A program made the position numbers and the translations under genes. From Tubiluchus corallicola (lineage: Eukaryota; Animalia; Priapulida): a stretch of 64,000 nt of DNA. Where the stretch lies: assembly GCA_030141605.1 (NCBI GenBank), contig JAQGDQ010000146.1, forward strand, positions 131,933 through 195,932, in the 5' to 3' direction. The notes beneath the pieces were generated by a model. The model had not been told where the DNA came from. It was given only the letters and a program-made list of their open reading frames with translations, and did not search any database. Every line of letters begins with the position of its first letter. Positions within the stretch are counted from its first letter, which is position 1. Shown here one piece after another: positions 51,801 to 64,000 of this stretch.

Positions 51801-54800
51801 TGAGTACAATCCATCAAAATAATGACTTTGGTGTTTTAGATCTTATCGAATGAACCGTAAGTAAACCGATCAATTTGGCTGAAATGTTGCTAGTTTAATC
51901 AGAATTGGGTGAAAAATCAATAAGTATAATTTATTCTTTTTTCAGTTCTACCACGATTTGAAGTTAAAGTTGATCTTCCGTTGTTCTTAGTCGGAGACAG
52001 TGTTGAACTTTCTGGTGTTGTCAGAGCAAAGTAAGCAGCTGGCTTATCTTATGCAATAACAACAAAATTCTATTTGCTTCAAACACTTGTAATTTAATAA
52101 TGATGAAGTAGGATCGGCATTCTTTAAATATGAAAATTATTTAGCGAAAAGTAGTAGTAAAGAGGATCCTTGCAGTAAAGAGGACCTGTTAAACTATGTT
52201 AAAAGCATTAGATTATGATAGATGATTATGTTGATGAATGCTGGCATAAGGCCAATTAAGGAGTGTTGTCACGTGAGTAAGTGATTCAGAACCGAAGCGT
52301 AGGCGTCGATATATAAGTCTTGCGATGCACCAAGCTCAGGGGATTGAGTCTGGGAGCTTAAGGACAGCAAGCTAGATCAGGGGGCTTGGCATTACTATCT
52401 GTTATACTTATTGTGTTTGATGTTTAATAAACATGTAGTTTCATAATCAGACTCTTCATAGTTTTGCCATCTATAAAACAGCAATACCCAGGTATACACA
52501 ACCAATACAACGAATTATTTTTACTCTTCCGATCAAACATGGAAATTTTAACAGTGAAAATGAATTGATTGCATTTCAGTGTAAACAGCACTTAGTTTTT
52601 AACTTTTTTCAGATATACCCACGGTGGTTCAGTAAAAGGTAAAGCCGTGGTTTCTCTTTTAGGTGGTCGGAGAAAAATCCTCACAAAAACTATCCAGGTA
52701 AAAATTTAATATTTACACCTATCAACAATAAAGAAAACCAAAGTGTCTAAATGTTGAGCATAGTATACCTCATTTTCTTTGTAAGAGATTTTTGTATTCA
52801 CACTAACACTTGTTGTAACCAGTTACGAATTTTCAGATTGACGGAGAAGCCACCTTTACTTTTAAAGTCCTGTCAGTTATTGGAGATGGTAGAAGAGTAA
52901 AAATAGAAGCCACTGTGACCGAGGAGGCAACTGGTGTTGAGCTGACAGGTGAAGCTTACGTCAACAAGTACCAGCATCCAGTGAAAATGACGTTTCAAGG
53001 ACCTGATTACTACAAGCCTGGGCTACCTTATTTTGCTGTAGTATGCATAACTTTCGAAACCGATTTCTCTGCTTCAGTACTTATTACTTCGATACGCTTT
53101 ATGCTTGTTATCAAGACAGATTGCAAAAACTATAATTATTCTTAATTTCCTACAGAATAAAGGAATTTGTTTTGTAGATAACGTTTGAACGTCAAGATGG
53201 GTCGCTGCTGTCGGTTTCAGATGCTCAAGAAGTAGAACTCACTTATAGATGGGATGAAAAAAATCCAGATCCTAATCCAGATTTGCCTAAATGGGGTGAA
53301 AAAAATCCAGATCGTAATCCAAATTGGCCAAGGTAGAATTAGAATTAAAGATAAACACCTATTATGTATAAAAGTTACTGCTATGGGCCTGCAGCTTACT
53401 GTTTATATTGTTACCCGCGGCCATCGTGACACTGTCTATAGCACTTCCACATAGCAGGCTGATATACAGGACACAAAGAACTCCGTTTCTCTCTATTTAT
53501 TAGCCAGAACCGAAATCTTCTTTTCATTTACAATAGCATATCCGTGGACAATGCCCACGCTACAACATTAAACTTACTTTCTTTGTTGCAACTTTTTTCG
53601 TCCCTTAAAAAAACTTATTTTGCTTGTAATAGAAATTGTATACCCTATAGCTGTATCGCTGTTGTTGTTACTTTGCACTCTTCAAGAAACAGGGTTTGAG
53701 CTTACAATTTCAGTGGTTGAAATAAATAAAAAAGTTGGAGCACTTAATCAGTTAAATTGTTCAAGCTTTTGTGAAAAGCCCTTTGTTGAAATGATGAATT
53801 TTACTGATTGCACTTGTATAAAATTTTCGCACGGCAGTCAACTTGTTTACAAAAATTTAAAGGGCAGCAATAATAAATAATATTTACAACTCCAGTAACG
53901 ATGTTGTTTTTTCCTTTATTATAGTTGGGATAGCAGTGTAGAAAAGAAAAGACAAAAAGGTATCAGAAAAGGTAGCACAAACGGTAGCAGAAATGGTAGC
54001 AGACAAAAAGATAGCAGACTTCCAAAAATTAAGATTGAAAATCACCCAATACGCAGACACACATTTCCAAAAAGTAAGACTGAAAATTACACAATACCAG
54101 CTGATGGACGTGTTGTGGTTCAAGTAGAAGTTCCTTTGTTGATTCATGGAAGTCTTAACTTTAACGTAAGTAATTTTAAAGAATCTGGGTTTAATTCTCT
54201 GAACAATTTTTAGCCATGTTCTGCACAGTATTGTAAATGAGAAAGTGACAGTCCCAAAAAATTGATTGTTACATTGCAATTTGCTTTTCCTTCATCTGAA
54301 GAACATATTAATTAAAGAATATGTGTAAGTTTAGCATAAGTAATAACATAGTGTATGTGTAATTGCTTAAGCGCACAAATTTAATCAAATAAACGAACTC
54401 GAAACCTATAAGAATCCAAACCTACCGTAATGTATGAAACGGAAGGTAAAAAGGTTTGCAGACAACGAGTATCAAAAAGAAAAAACATTCGCTAATGAGG
54501 CATTTGCAGCCAGACCATATGGTGAAACTAGTGAAATGGATGTACATGAAAAAGAGGAGTGAGTGTTTCGAAAATTTTCTGATGAAAAGCCAGAGAGAAA
54601 TTCTAGCCAAGAGCACCAAGGGGGGTGCAGCAGAAATTATAGAAATTTTGATTGCAGCCGAAGACCTACGACGTACAATGAGGCCATAAATTCAATCTCA
54701 AATGAAATCAACACAAGCTGTATGTAGGTAGTTAGGATTATTAAAGAACCGTATACTTTTACACTTTTTGCTACGTCTATTTCAATAAAATTTAAATTTA

Positions 54801-57800
54801 GAAAAAAAAACTAAACACTGCTTTGTAATTTTTAGGCCAAATATAATCAATCAACTGGCTACAGTTTTGCCTCGAAGAGTGCGTCGGAATATAAAGCTGG
54901 TGTGAAAGCTTTTGTTCAAGTTGGACTAAGGAGTGCAGATCTAGTGGTAAGTAGAGATTTCATTTGTGTTATCAAAATTGATAAAAATACTTGACTGTAT
55001 TTTTATCTTTTCCAAAACACGAGAAATGTAATTAGAAATGTTCTTTTCAACAGGCTGGAGACCAAGCCAATTTTCTTGTGGAATCAACAGATGTGATCGA
55101 CGGAGTATATTATCAGGTAGATTTTCAACTTTTTGCGCATTTCTTACTTTCTGATCACTTTCTGGAAACTATATAGCTAAAACGAAGGTTTTCCATAAAA
55201 AAATCTAAATAGTAGGTCTAAAACGAATCAACTAATGATACAAATAATGGAATAAATAAATGAAGTACTTAATTAGTAAGCAAGGAGGGCTCGCCCAGAA
55301 AATAAGCAGGTGCACTGTGAATTACGGGGTGAGAAAGGTGAAAACGTTAGTGAATGAGTGAATAATTCCTCATGAGTGAGAAATGAGTGATTGACAAATC
55401 AATCAACAAATTACCGAGTGAGTGAATAAACAAAAACAAATGAATAAAAGCATAACTGACTGACTGGCTGACTTACTGGCCAGCGAAATGAATGACAGAA
55501 TAATGAAATGAATGAGTAAATGAATAAATATATGAATAAATGAAGACAAAATGGAGAGCGAATGAATTTCTTTTTATGCTGTCTTTTTTCTTCTCTTATT
55601 ATGATTACCAGCCTCTGAAATTCTCTGTCTAAATCTGAGGAACTTCTTCTTGCCCATTTTCAAGTACAAACCCTTTTGTTAGGTTATATCACGTGGAAAC
55701 ATTGAAGACAATGGCTACGTACCAATGAAAAATAATGAACAAGAGTTCAATATTGAGATAAACGGTGCCATGACTCCTCGCTCAAGAATGCTTGTTTATT
55801 ACATACACAGAAGTGGAGAGGTGATAACTGATGCAACTAACTTTGAAGTTCAGGGTGGTTTTGACAACCAGGTTAGTTGAAAAGAATATTATTATTAATA
55901 CCAATTAGAAATATCACACTTAGCATCAGCACACTTGATACCATTTTTAATTCTTACCACTTCTCTTATCGTCATTTTCTTTGGCAGATGGTACAAGTGC
56001 TGCCATCTGTCAACCATCAGAAATGAAGATATAGTACTATAGGTAATAAATTAATATTCACGTTTATGAGTTAGTCCGTGTAATAGTTAAAGCAAAAAGA
56101 AAACATTCTTCATAAATAAAGCTGAACAAATTTGTCTTAAAATGTTGTATCACTTACATGAAGTCTTATTGCGTACAAAGTATGCATTAGCAGTAACGCT
56201 GAAAAACTTGTAAATTTAAATACCCGTAGGGACTGTTAAGCGCAGCCATTTTAACAGTAAGTAGTTTGAACAAGTTTAGATAACAGTGCACAAAGTTTGA
56301 AAAAATAATCAGTGCATATGTAGCACGTTCTTCCCAAACTAAGCAAAAGTTTAAATTACTTTATATTATAAGTATGAACAATTATGTGGTTTTGTTTTGG
56401 AATTAAGAATATTCTTTTCCAATTACATGGGTCTCAATAAACTAGTTTAATTTTACGTCGTGTTTTCTACGAGCCTTCTGAGAGAAACAAAACACAACAG
56501 TAATGTATGATGGCACTTATTTCGAAAAATAGGTGTTAAAATTATTAACAGCCATGCCATTGCCGGAAAATGTAATATATCCACTAAATGGATATTACAT
56601 TCTCCGCCTTTGCCCAGTCCACGGTCGAGATTGCAAATCAATGGCTGTCTTTTATTCGCAGGTTGCATTGCGGTTTAACAAAGCAACGGCTGAGCCAGGA
56701 GACAAAGTAAAATTGCACATCACCACAGCACCTGGGTCCCTTATTGGCATACTGGCAGTTGATCAGTCAGTTTTGTTACTACGTGGTGGAAATGACGTCA
56801 CAGCAGATTTGGTGAGTTTGTGATCATTTTTTGGAAATTCAAAAGACGATTTAGAAAAATTAGCCGAAACGAGTCTTCAGAATTGCTAGTTGTAAATGTT
56901 TATTGTTGTGGAGATCGCTGGCATCTATTAGAATTACATAGAACATTGAAGAGTGTTCCGTTGGAATAATTGTCTTACCGTGTGGAATTTTTTGGAACAA
57001 AACTTCTAGAAGCTTCTCGGGTATACTATATAAGGCAAAGCAGGCCACTGAGACGGGGACACATGCAGATTCACACGGACGCCAATTACACATTCTCTTG
57101 TATACTTACATTTTCAGATACACTCAAACGTTTTCCAAATTTTCACGTTTAGTGTAATCATTTCGCGTTCCTTCATACTTTTGTGTTGTAGAATTCTCGC
57201 TTAATAAACTAGGTTAATTTGATGAAGTGTTTTCTGGTTTTTTCTCTACGAGCCTACCACAGTTATACATGTAATATGCAGAAAAACGTTGACAAGCAGC
57301 AACGACACATATTAAAAATGCTATGTGTATAATCTACCATGGCAATGTAGTGAAGCTTTATATATGTGTATTGATATTCTTCTTAATTTGGTTAAAGTTT
57401 ATATAATTGAAGAAAAAGGCAATCCCTGTAGAAAACTCCACGTAAAAGCAGCTTTAACTTTGCACTTCGGTCTCTGATAACTTTGATATAAAATGTCTGT
57501 GTAAATCAGAGAAAAAGAGAGGAAACACGGACGTCTGTTGTAATCCTTTGCCTGGCCAAGTGAGACAAAGGCTGAAAAGTCTATTAACAGTTATCTTATG
57601 TCTAAGTTATCAGGTATGTCTACAGAAATGCATCTTTTGTAATTTGCTACACGTTCTAATAAGGATTAGATCTAATGTAGTAATTACTGGCAAAAACCCG
57701 TCGTCTTATAATAATTTCCTTTTTCGATTCAGGTTTTGGATGACATAAGAGGATATGGCTTTGACGACGATGATAGAGCGCCTTCGCCTCTTCTCCGTTT

Positions 57801-59244
57801 TAGACGTCGCCCCATACGTGTTGGGAGAAAGAAACACAGGTTTATCCTGAATCCGAGGCTCTGGTACAGCAGTTCTGACGCTTACGAGACATTCAGGGAG
57901 GCGAAACTGGCTGTCGTGACCGATACTTACCTACACAGAGGTAGGTATAGCCTTTTTTAAACTATAGATGTAGACTACATTTTAAAAGAGACAGAGACAT
58001 GGTCTCATTGTGTCTTTTGTTGCCATTTGCCGTTTGAGTGAGAAAAGTGCGTTTATTCGGCAAATGCATCCGCATTAAAAAAATGCCAGCTTGTATATAA
58101 TCTAGCAAAAAACAATATGTTCATTATTTTTATACAGTTAACTATGTATATATATATTCCTATAAAGTTGAAATTGTTTTTGGTGGCGGTTCGGATAATT
58201 GCAGGTCAGAAATTATTATTGCATCAAAGGTTGCCGCAATTACGGTGCTAATCATTATTTCTCCCGAAACCAAATATGTACATTGGATTCTGTGTTTTAA
58301 TTAATCGGGTTTGGTTATAATGAATTTTCATTGAATTATTCATTTTCTAAAATTATTTCAGAGATCCCTGGACGTCCCATACGGCCTATGTTTCACAGAA
58401 GATTCCGCGGTGGTGCTGATAATGCCTTGCCGCCTGCCATGCCACAGGAGGCCTTCGCGTTAGCCATGCCACAGCAGCCACCAAAAGTGGTTCCAGAAGT
58501 GGCTACAGAAAAACCTGCCCCAATAAAGAAAATACGAAAAAACCTCCCAGAATCTTGGCTGTGGATCGATACAACAGCAAGGTGAGAAGCTCGCACCCCA
58601 CTTTGCAGGTTCAGCTTTCTGCTAGATAGAATAAGCACCACAATTATTGCTATTTAGAAATTTAAACTAACATGACCAGTGGTGGTGGTGGTGGTTGCTT
58701 TTCTAACACAGATAAATTGTCACTGGATAACGAGAGAAGCAGGCACTAATTTGTCAGTCAAAACTATGGGGTAAAAATAGACACCTAAAAACCACAAATT
58801 GTAGGGCCATGGATTTTCGCTTTTTCCTTCAAATTTCCAATTCTTTAAATTCTTGGGATGTTTATTCTTATTTGGCAACACTTTTTAACAAGTAGTATAA
58901 TTCAATTGATTCACTGATAAGCGACAAACTTTGCCCGCTGAGACTATACTGAAGCAAATGGAAAATAAGCATGCAAACAAATCAGCAAACAAAAGCTATA
59001 GTGGCTTGTAACATCATGCAAATATTGAAACACATTAGTTAATGTTAAAGTGTAAAGTCTATTAAAACCAAGCTAAATAAAAACTTACTGATGAGTTACC
59101 ATAAACAATTATGCTTTAAAATCATGTATACATACATTTGAAAAATACATGTATACATGTTCGGAACGTTTTAAATAATTATGCTGTGTAAACTTCCAAC
59201 GTTTTTTACGTTTTCTCGGCACTTTATAACAATAATAATAATAG

Positions 59245-59275
<31 letters not shown>

Positions 59276-59462
59276 GATAATGATAATGATAATGATAATG
59301 ATAATGATAATGATAATGATAATGATAATGATAATGATAATGATAATGATAATGATAATGATAATGATAATGATAATGATAATGATAATGATAATGATAA
59401 TGATAATGATAATGATAATGATAATGATAATGATAATGATAATGATAATGATAATGATAATG

Positions 59463-59505
<43 letters not shown>

Positions 59506-62500
59506 TAATAATTAATAATAACAATAATAATAATAATCAAGAATGAAGATCTGACTTTCGCCCGTCGACTGAAATCGCTACCGAGACTGAAGATGCGGCA
59601 AAGGCTGTCAAGGAAACTGTTTACGGTTCCAAGCCCATGCCCGTCAACAAAGTCAAACTGAACCAGTACAAGGGTCAACGAAAGAACCATCAGCAGTCAC
59701 ATTCCACAGAGACGGATACAAATTGCTACCGTTGTGGAAAGGCCCACAAAGTGACTGAATGCCCCTAAAAAATTGCCAAGTGCCATTTCTGTGACAAGAA
59801 AGGACATTTAGAAGCAGTTTGCATGAAGAAGCAACAACAGCAACGGGACTAAAAATCTGGAAAGTCCGTGAGGGAAGATGAGCTTGTCAAGGCGATCCCG
59901 ACAACTCTCCTAGATTTGATGTCAAAGTCAACATCCAAGACCAACAGTTCACGATGAAACTTGACACTGCAACCTCGGGAAATTTCATTTCAGTGCCACC
60001 AGTCTGGAAGCAACTGGGCAAGCCAAAGCTGGATGACAGCTGACATCGCTATGAGTCTGCCAGCGATCACGACCTGCCAGTGCTTTCATGGGCTAGACCA
60101 AGGATCCAAAGACTGGTAAACAAAGCTCAATTTCCTACATCGTCACCAAGATCCCTGACCTGAACCTGCTTGGTCGAAACGCTATCCAGAAGCTGGGAAT
60201 TTCTGTGGACATTGCTCTAGGACTGAGACGCATAGAGAGTCAAGGCAAGAGCACGGGTGTAAAAACGTCAAATCCATCACATCTTACACGTTTTATGCTT
60301 CCCTGCAACGACATTGCCACAACCTGTGTGACGAGTTCCCAGATCTCTTCAAAGAAGAATTGGGGTGTCTTAAGGACATCGAACTGGAAGTGAAGTTCAA
60401 GCCTGACGCAAAGCCAGTTTTTCACAAGGCACGACTGGTTCCATTCGCTCTTCGACATGACCTAGCCAATGGTTACGAAGAAGGCATCGCCAAAGGTGTC
60501 TGGAAGCTAGTCCAGTTCAACGAATACAGAAAGCCAGTGGTACCGATTCGTAAAGCTTACATCCCGGGCACTCAGAAGCCCAAATTGCAGATCTGTGGTG
60601 ACTACTCAGTGGGCATCAACGATCAGCTAGAGGACCATCATCATCTGATGCCATTCCCAGAGGAACTGATGCAGAAGCTGGGAGGTGGATATGGCTACAC
60701 GAAGATCGACCTTGCTGATGCCTATAACCAGATCCAGCTGGCACCAGAGAGTCAATGCAGGCTAGCTCTCAGTATCCACCGTGGTGTACTCCTGCAGCAA
60801 CGACTTCCTTTCGGAATCAAGTAGCGCCTGGTTACTTTCAGGAGATCATGGAGAACCTGACCAGGGATCTGCCTGGAGTTGCTGTCTTCCAAGACGATGT
60901 GCTTGTCAGCGGGCAAGACGCCAATGACCATCTGAGCAACCTGAGATGCATGCTCACTCATCTGAACGACAAAGGACTCAGATGTCGCCGTAAAAAGTGC
61001 TTGGTCGCGCAAAAAAGTATTGAATATCTTGGACACACCTTATCGGCCGAAGGAGTCGCAAAAGGATCCAAGTTCAAGGCAGTCATGAAGATGTCACCGC
61101 CTACAGACGTCTCAAGCTTGAAGTCTTTCTTGGGCTCGGTTCAGTTCTACTGGAAGTTCGTCCTAAACCCGGCTACTATAGCAGAGCCTCTTTACCGCTT
61201 GACCAAGAAGACAGTCTCCTGGAAGTGGGGAGATGAGGAGCAAACAGCTTTTCAACTGTTGAAAAATGTGCTATCCTAAGATCGAGTTCTTGTACATTTC
61301 GACCCAGACAAGCCTCTGGGATTGGCTTGTGACGCGTCCAACGTTGCAATTGGAGCTGTCCTGTTTCATCGCTATCCGGACGGAAGCGAGCGCCCAAATT
61401 CGAATGTGTCAAAGACTCTCACAGTTAAAGAAAGGAACTACAGCCAAATACACAGGGAAGCCCTAGCCATTATCTTCGGCTTACGGAAATTCTACCAGTA
61501 GCTCTACGGGCGTCATTTCACACTGGTGACTCATCATAAGCCACGGACTTCTCTCTTCAGACCATAGAAGGGGACGCCACTTCTTGCAGCTAATCATCTA
61601 GCTCGGTGGGCCCTGTGGCTAAACCAGTTTGACTACACAATCGAGTACCGAAAGACAGCAGATCACGGCAATGCAGATGCCCTTAGTCGCTTGCCATTTG
61701 GAGACGACAACGACTTCGACAGGGAGGAAAATGGTGAAGACACGGTGTGTGCCATTAAAGTTGCCAGTCTTCAAGTCAAGCTTGTGGATCCCAACATCCT
61801 CCGACAAGAGTCTAAATTTACAAGTTTTATACAGCGTTACTGCCGATCGAAGTCCTGTATGCAAAAAGGCAGTATGTAAGTGATATAAAATTTCCAAACG
61901 AATTTTTCAAGCTTTATGTTTATGAAGGGTTTTCTTGTGCTTTAACCTTACTGCTGTGATGAATCCCGGGCCAGCGGTAATAACTTCGCACTAACAAGAA
62001 AACTTCCCTTAGCGATTGTTGAAAGTACGAAACATTTGACAGAATCTTGCCTGCAATGAAACTTTGCAACAACCAAGGGAAAGTGCTGGATTCCATTCTG
62101 TGTTGACAGAAGCTTCCTGTCCCTGAGATTATATATATATAAATTTTAACTTGCTAAAATTTTTAACTCGTTACAATTTAGTTTAAACATAATTTATTAT
62201 AGGATTGAATCAGACAGTTTAAAAAACATGATTCAGGATCCTCACCGCAACAAACTATATACACTATTAAGAAAAACATTTACAGTAAGCATTGACTCTA
62301 TCAACACAAGCTTAACAAGTTTTACTACAAGAATACATTAGCTATTAGTACCAAATGACGGTTAAGAAATATTAATTTACGAATATTTAAAACTGACGCA
62401 TTCATATCAGATAGAAACTACTGAAAGCGCTTAGTACGAAATGTAAAGTTATGTATACATTGGAATATTTTACAGTTAACAACATAATTAAATTCTTCGT

Positions 62501-63507
62501 TTCCAAACAAGAACAACTTCAACAGTTCATTAGTTTCTAATGCAGCTATATTAAGGTTTTCAGGCAGCAGTATTTCGTTCAGTTTATCAAACATAACAGC
62601 CCTAGTTTGTTGATACAATAGGCAGTGCAAGAAGAAGTGCTCAAACAGACTCAAATCGACAATACTGGATGACCGTTATTATGTTTACAGCGTGTAGAGA
62701 AAAGGTCATAGTTTAGCTGAGAAAATCCGATTCTCATGCACGTATGATGCACTGATATTGGAGGTTCATCAAATGATAAATGCTTCTTACGCAACGAAAA
62801 ACTTAAATGAGTTTGAGCCATCAGTGTAATCTTCAGCCATCAATCAATGAAGACTAGCCTATTCCCTATAAGACTAAAGGAGTAAAAGGAAAAAAAACAA
62901 ACTTAGGTCAGGTATCTCTGGGCGTATGACCTTGTATGGGAATGAAATAAGTGATAGGTTTACCCGTAGTAAATAAAAACTGCACAGTAGGGTAGTGATG
63001 CTAAAATAAATTTGCTAAAACGGGACATCACCATAATCATAGAATCACTTCCTGTGTACAAATGTTGAAGACGATTTAATAGTTCACTTTTCAATTTCAA
63101 TGAGCGTACCTGTATATGAGACCAAAATCACATCAATTATTGCATAAAAACACGATATCTAAACCAAAATCGATTAAAACAGTTTTAAACGAACAATTGC
63201 TCATTATTGTTGGAAGCCATACTCCTCAACTACTGCAATATTAACTAAAGATCCAGTAATGTTTTGTTTCAGACATTCCACATCCCTATTACTTTAAAGG
63301 ATTGCCTGGCCCTCCTAGTTCCGATGCGCTACCTGACATTAGTTGGAGAGTGGGCATCGCATTTCAAGACCTAGGACGGCCAGGACCTGCTGGAGGTTCA
63401 GGTGGTTCTCCCGTCGACAAAAAAACTAACATTGTTAGTTCTACTACCCAACTTGCTTCTATAAAGAACTTTCCAGAATGTTGGCTGTGGGTTCACACTA
63501 CGGCTGG
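42869..63507 (+). CDS. Thioester-containing protein (iTEP/CD109-like, alpha-2-macroglobulin family), 5' portion; gene continues past the window
   Basis: Exons: 42869-42945 (signal peptide MARIRVFHLFLIAIVCLTCRETSA), 48040-about 48218, about 48688-48770, 49328-49499 (SVFIQTDKATYKPSD), 50603-50725, 51380-51453 (LSDQPVFGTWKI), 51627-51666 and 51946-52030 (FEVEEYVLPRFEVKV), 52613-52697, 52837-53040 (YYKPGLPY), 53178-53332, 53925-54165, 54836-54946, 55054-55116, 55683-55871 (MTPRSRMLVYY), 56662-56811 (LAVDQSVLLL), 57733-57940 (polybasic site), then 58362-58581 or 63273-63507 (..PE.WLW). The thioester motif lies outside the window. Confidence 0.92.
43290..43727 (-). mobile_element. LINE 3' end (C-terminal zinc-finger-like segment) in TEP intron 1
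   Basis: YRIGITDSDLCVCGLGSQTPEHLIFHCP is typical of non-LTR ORF2 C-termini, and the element ends in an (AAT)n tail. Confidence 0.7.
43728..45517 (+). mobile_element. Degenerate Ty3/Gypsy pol (RT and integrase), 5'-truncated with an internal deletion
   Basis: KVRPVPFAL..TPVVP..RICGDY, YTKINLADAYNQ, RLPFG, FQDD, then DNA..F..WC..GITH.TGAP.HSATNGAAERLVQTF. Stops and frameshifts present; PPT-like GGTGGGGAAG just before the LTR. Confidence 0.93.
45518..45877 (+). mobile_element. Gypsy 3' LTR (360 bp)
   Basis: TGTTGTG...CACAACA termini, internal TATATAA and AATAAA, preceded by the PPT. Confidence 0.88.
45878..46980 (-). mobile_element. LINE reverse transcriptase fragment with an internal tandem duplication of about 205 bp
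   Basis: FCDFKKTFDSLWLDGLIWKL..GLP and KWCNMWRMNI...KT....KVLGVNVDNELKF motifs. Confidence 0.85.
47440..47720 (-). mobile_element. LINE 3' fragment
   Basis: NSLPLQVKQIKSLSAFKTKLK is a typical CR1/L2-type ORF2 end. Confidence 0.6.
52229..52510 (+). mobile_element. Possible solo LTR
   Basis: TGTTG...CAAC ends, internal ATATAAG and AATAAA, imperfect GATTA/AATTA flanks. Confidence 0.35.
56904..57258 (+). mobile_element. Gypsy solo LTR (same family as 45518-45877); an LTR 3'-end fragment also lies at about 56432-56499
   Basis: TGTTGTGGAGATCGCTG start, colinear similarity through AATAAA to CTACGAGCCT. Confidence 0.85.
58362..58581 (+). CDS. TEP bait/variable-region exon, alternative A
   Basis: ttcag|AG ATC CCT...IRKNLPESWLWIDTTA AG|gtgag; phase 1 in, phase 2 out. 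Confidence 0.88.
59229..59537. repeat. (ATAATG)n/(AAT)n microsatellite
   Basis: Directly visible. Confidence 0.97.
59538..61810 (+). mobile_element. Degenerate Ty3/Gypsy internal region (gag zinc knuckles, protease, RT, RNase H), same family as the 43.7 kb copy
   Basis: CYRCGKAH...C, CHFCDKKGHLEAVC, LDTATSGNF, KIDLADAY, FQDD, LACDASNVAIGAVL, NYSQIHREALA, HGNADALSRLP, with several stops and frameshifts. Confidence 0.93.
62178..62815 (-). mobile_element. LINE 3' end fragment
   Basis: EHFFLHCLLY..R...LFLFG.....N.KIF.....F...TKRF C-terminus plus a 3' UTR shared with 31470-31615. Confidence 0.75.
63273..63507 (+). CDS. TEP bait/variable-region exon, alternative B
   Basis: tttcag|AC ATT CCA CAT...IKNFPECWLWVHTTA GG|gtgag; phase 1 in, phase 2 out. 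Confidence 0.85.
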
Positions 63508-64000
63508 GTGAGAGGACGTATTTATCTTCTTTGCATAGAGCCTCAGATGCAGAGAAAAGTATATGGTTTTATGCATGCTCTCTAGTGATTCGAGTTCGAA
63601 TTTAGCTAAAACGTGCGAGATATAGTCCTGCTAGTCCTGGTGGAAAACATAAGGTTTGTTCTGTCTAGAGTGCAGAATTTTCTTGCCTAAATGGTTGGAT
63701 TTCGCTTTATACACTGACGTAAATTCGAAGTGCTAGTCGCCGCCTTCGAATCTTTGCACCACATAGGTTTAACTTGGTTTATGCTTCAAAGTAAATCCCT
63801 TCTGTTCAGGGGTTTTTGTGCCCCTCGTCAGTCTTCTTTTGTGTCTTGTAAGATCATGTTTATAGCTTAGTGGTAGTTCTTGTGATCAAAATTTTCGTCG
63901 TTTTTTCCTGACTGGTTTTATATTTCACACTAATCTGTCTTCCTGGGTTAAAATTCTCGGACAAGCTATAGTTCATGGAAATTCCTTCCAAATCTTTGAA

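Noticed and set aside
54420-54730. Purine-rich segment in TEP intron 12 as an extra exon
   Set aside because: No clean open frame with compatible splice sites, and the flanking exons already join in frame.

Overview
AT-rich, intron-rich animal genomic DNA, most likely an invertebrate bilaterian. It is not prokaryotic. Four host genes can be reconstructed by hand from splice sites: (1) an intronless SLC6 transporter (-, 6821-8689); (2) a complete 7-exon corticotropin-releasing hormone-binding protein gene (CRH-BP, -, 25769-11784, about 320 aa, all 10 canonical cysteines) that the ORF track shows only as fragments; (3) a 5-exon core-2/I-branching beta-1,6-GlcNAc transferase (GT14/GCNT, +, 32499-38713); (4) the 5' part of a thioester-containing protein gene (iTEP/CD109-like, +, 42869 to beyond the window end). 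The rest is transposon relics (Kolobok/T2-type TTAA MITEs, Ty3/Gypsy, BEL/Pao, LINE and Penelope fragments), satellites and microsatellites. The most notable observations are two phase-incompatible, apparently mutually exclusive bait-region exons in the TEP gene, a 1-kb foldback made of two convergent 5S rRNA-headed retroelements in a GCNT intron, a triplicated splice acceptor in CRH-BP, unusual ion-site residues in the SLC6 protein, and a hammerhead-ribozyme motif in the Penelope relic. All exon models are manual inferences without transcript evidence.
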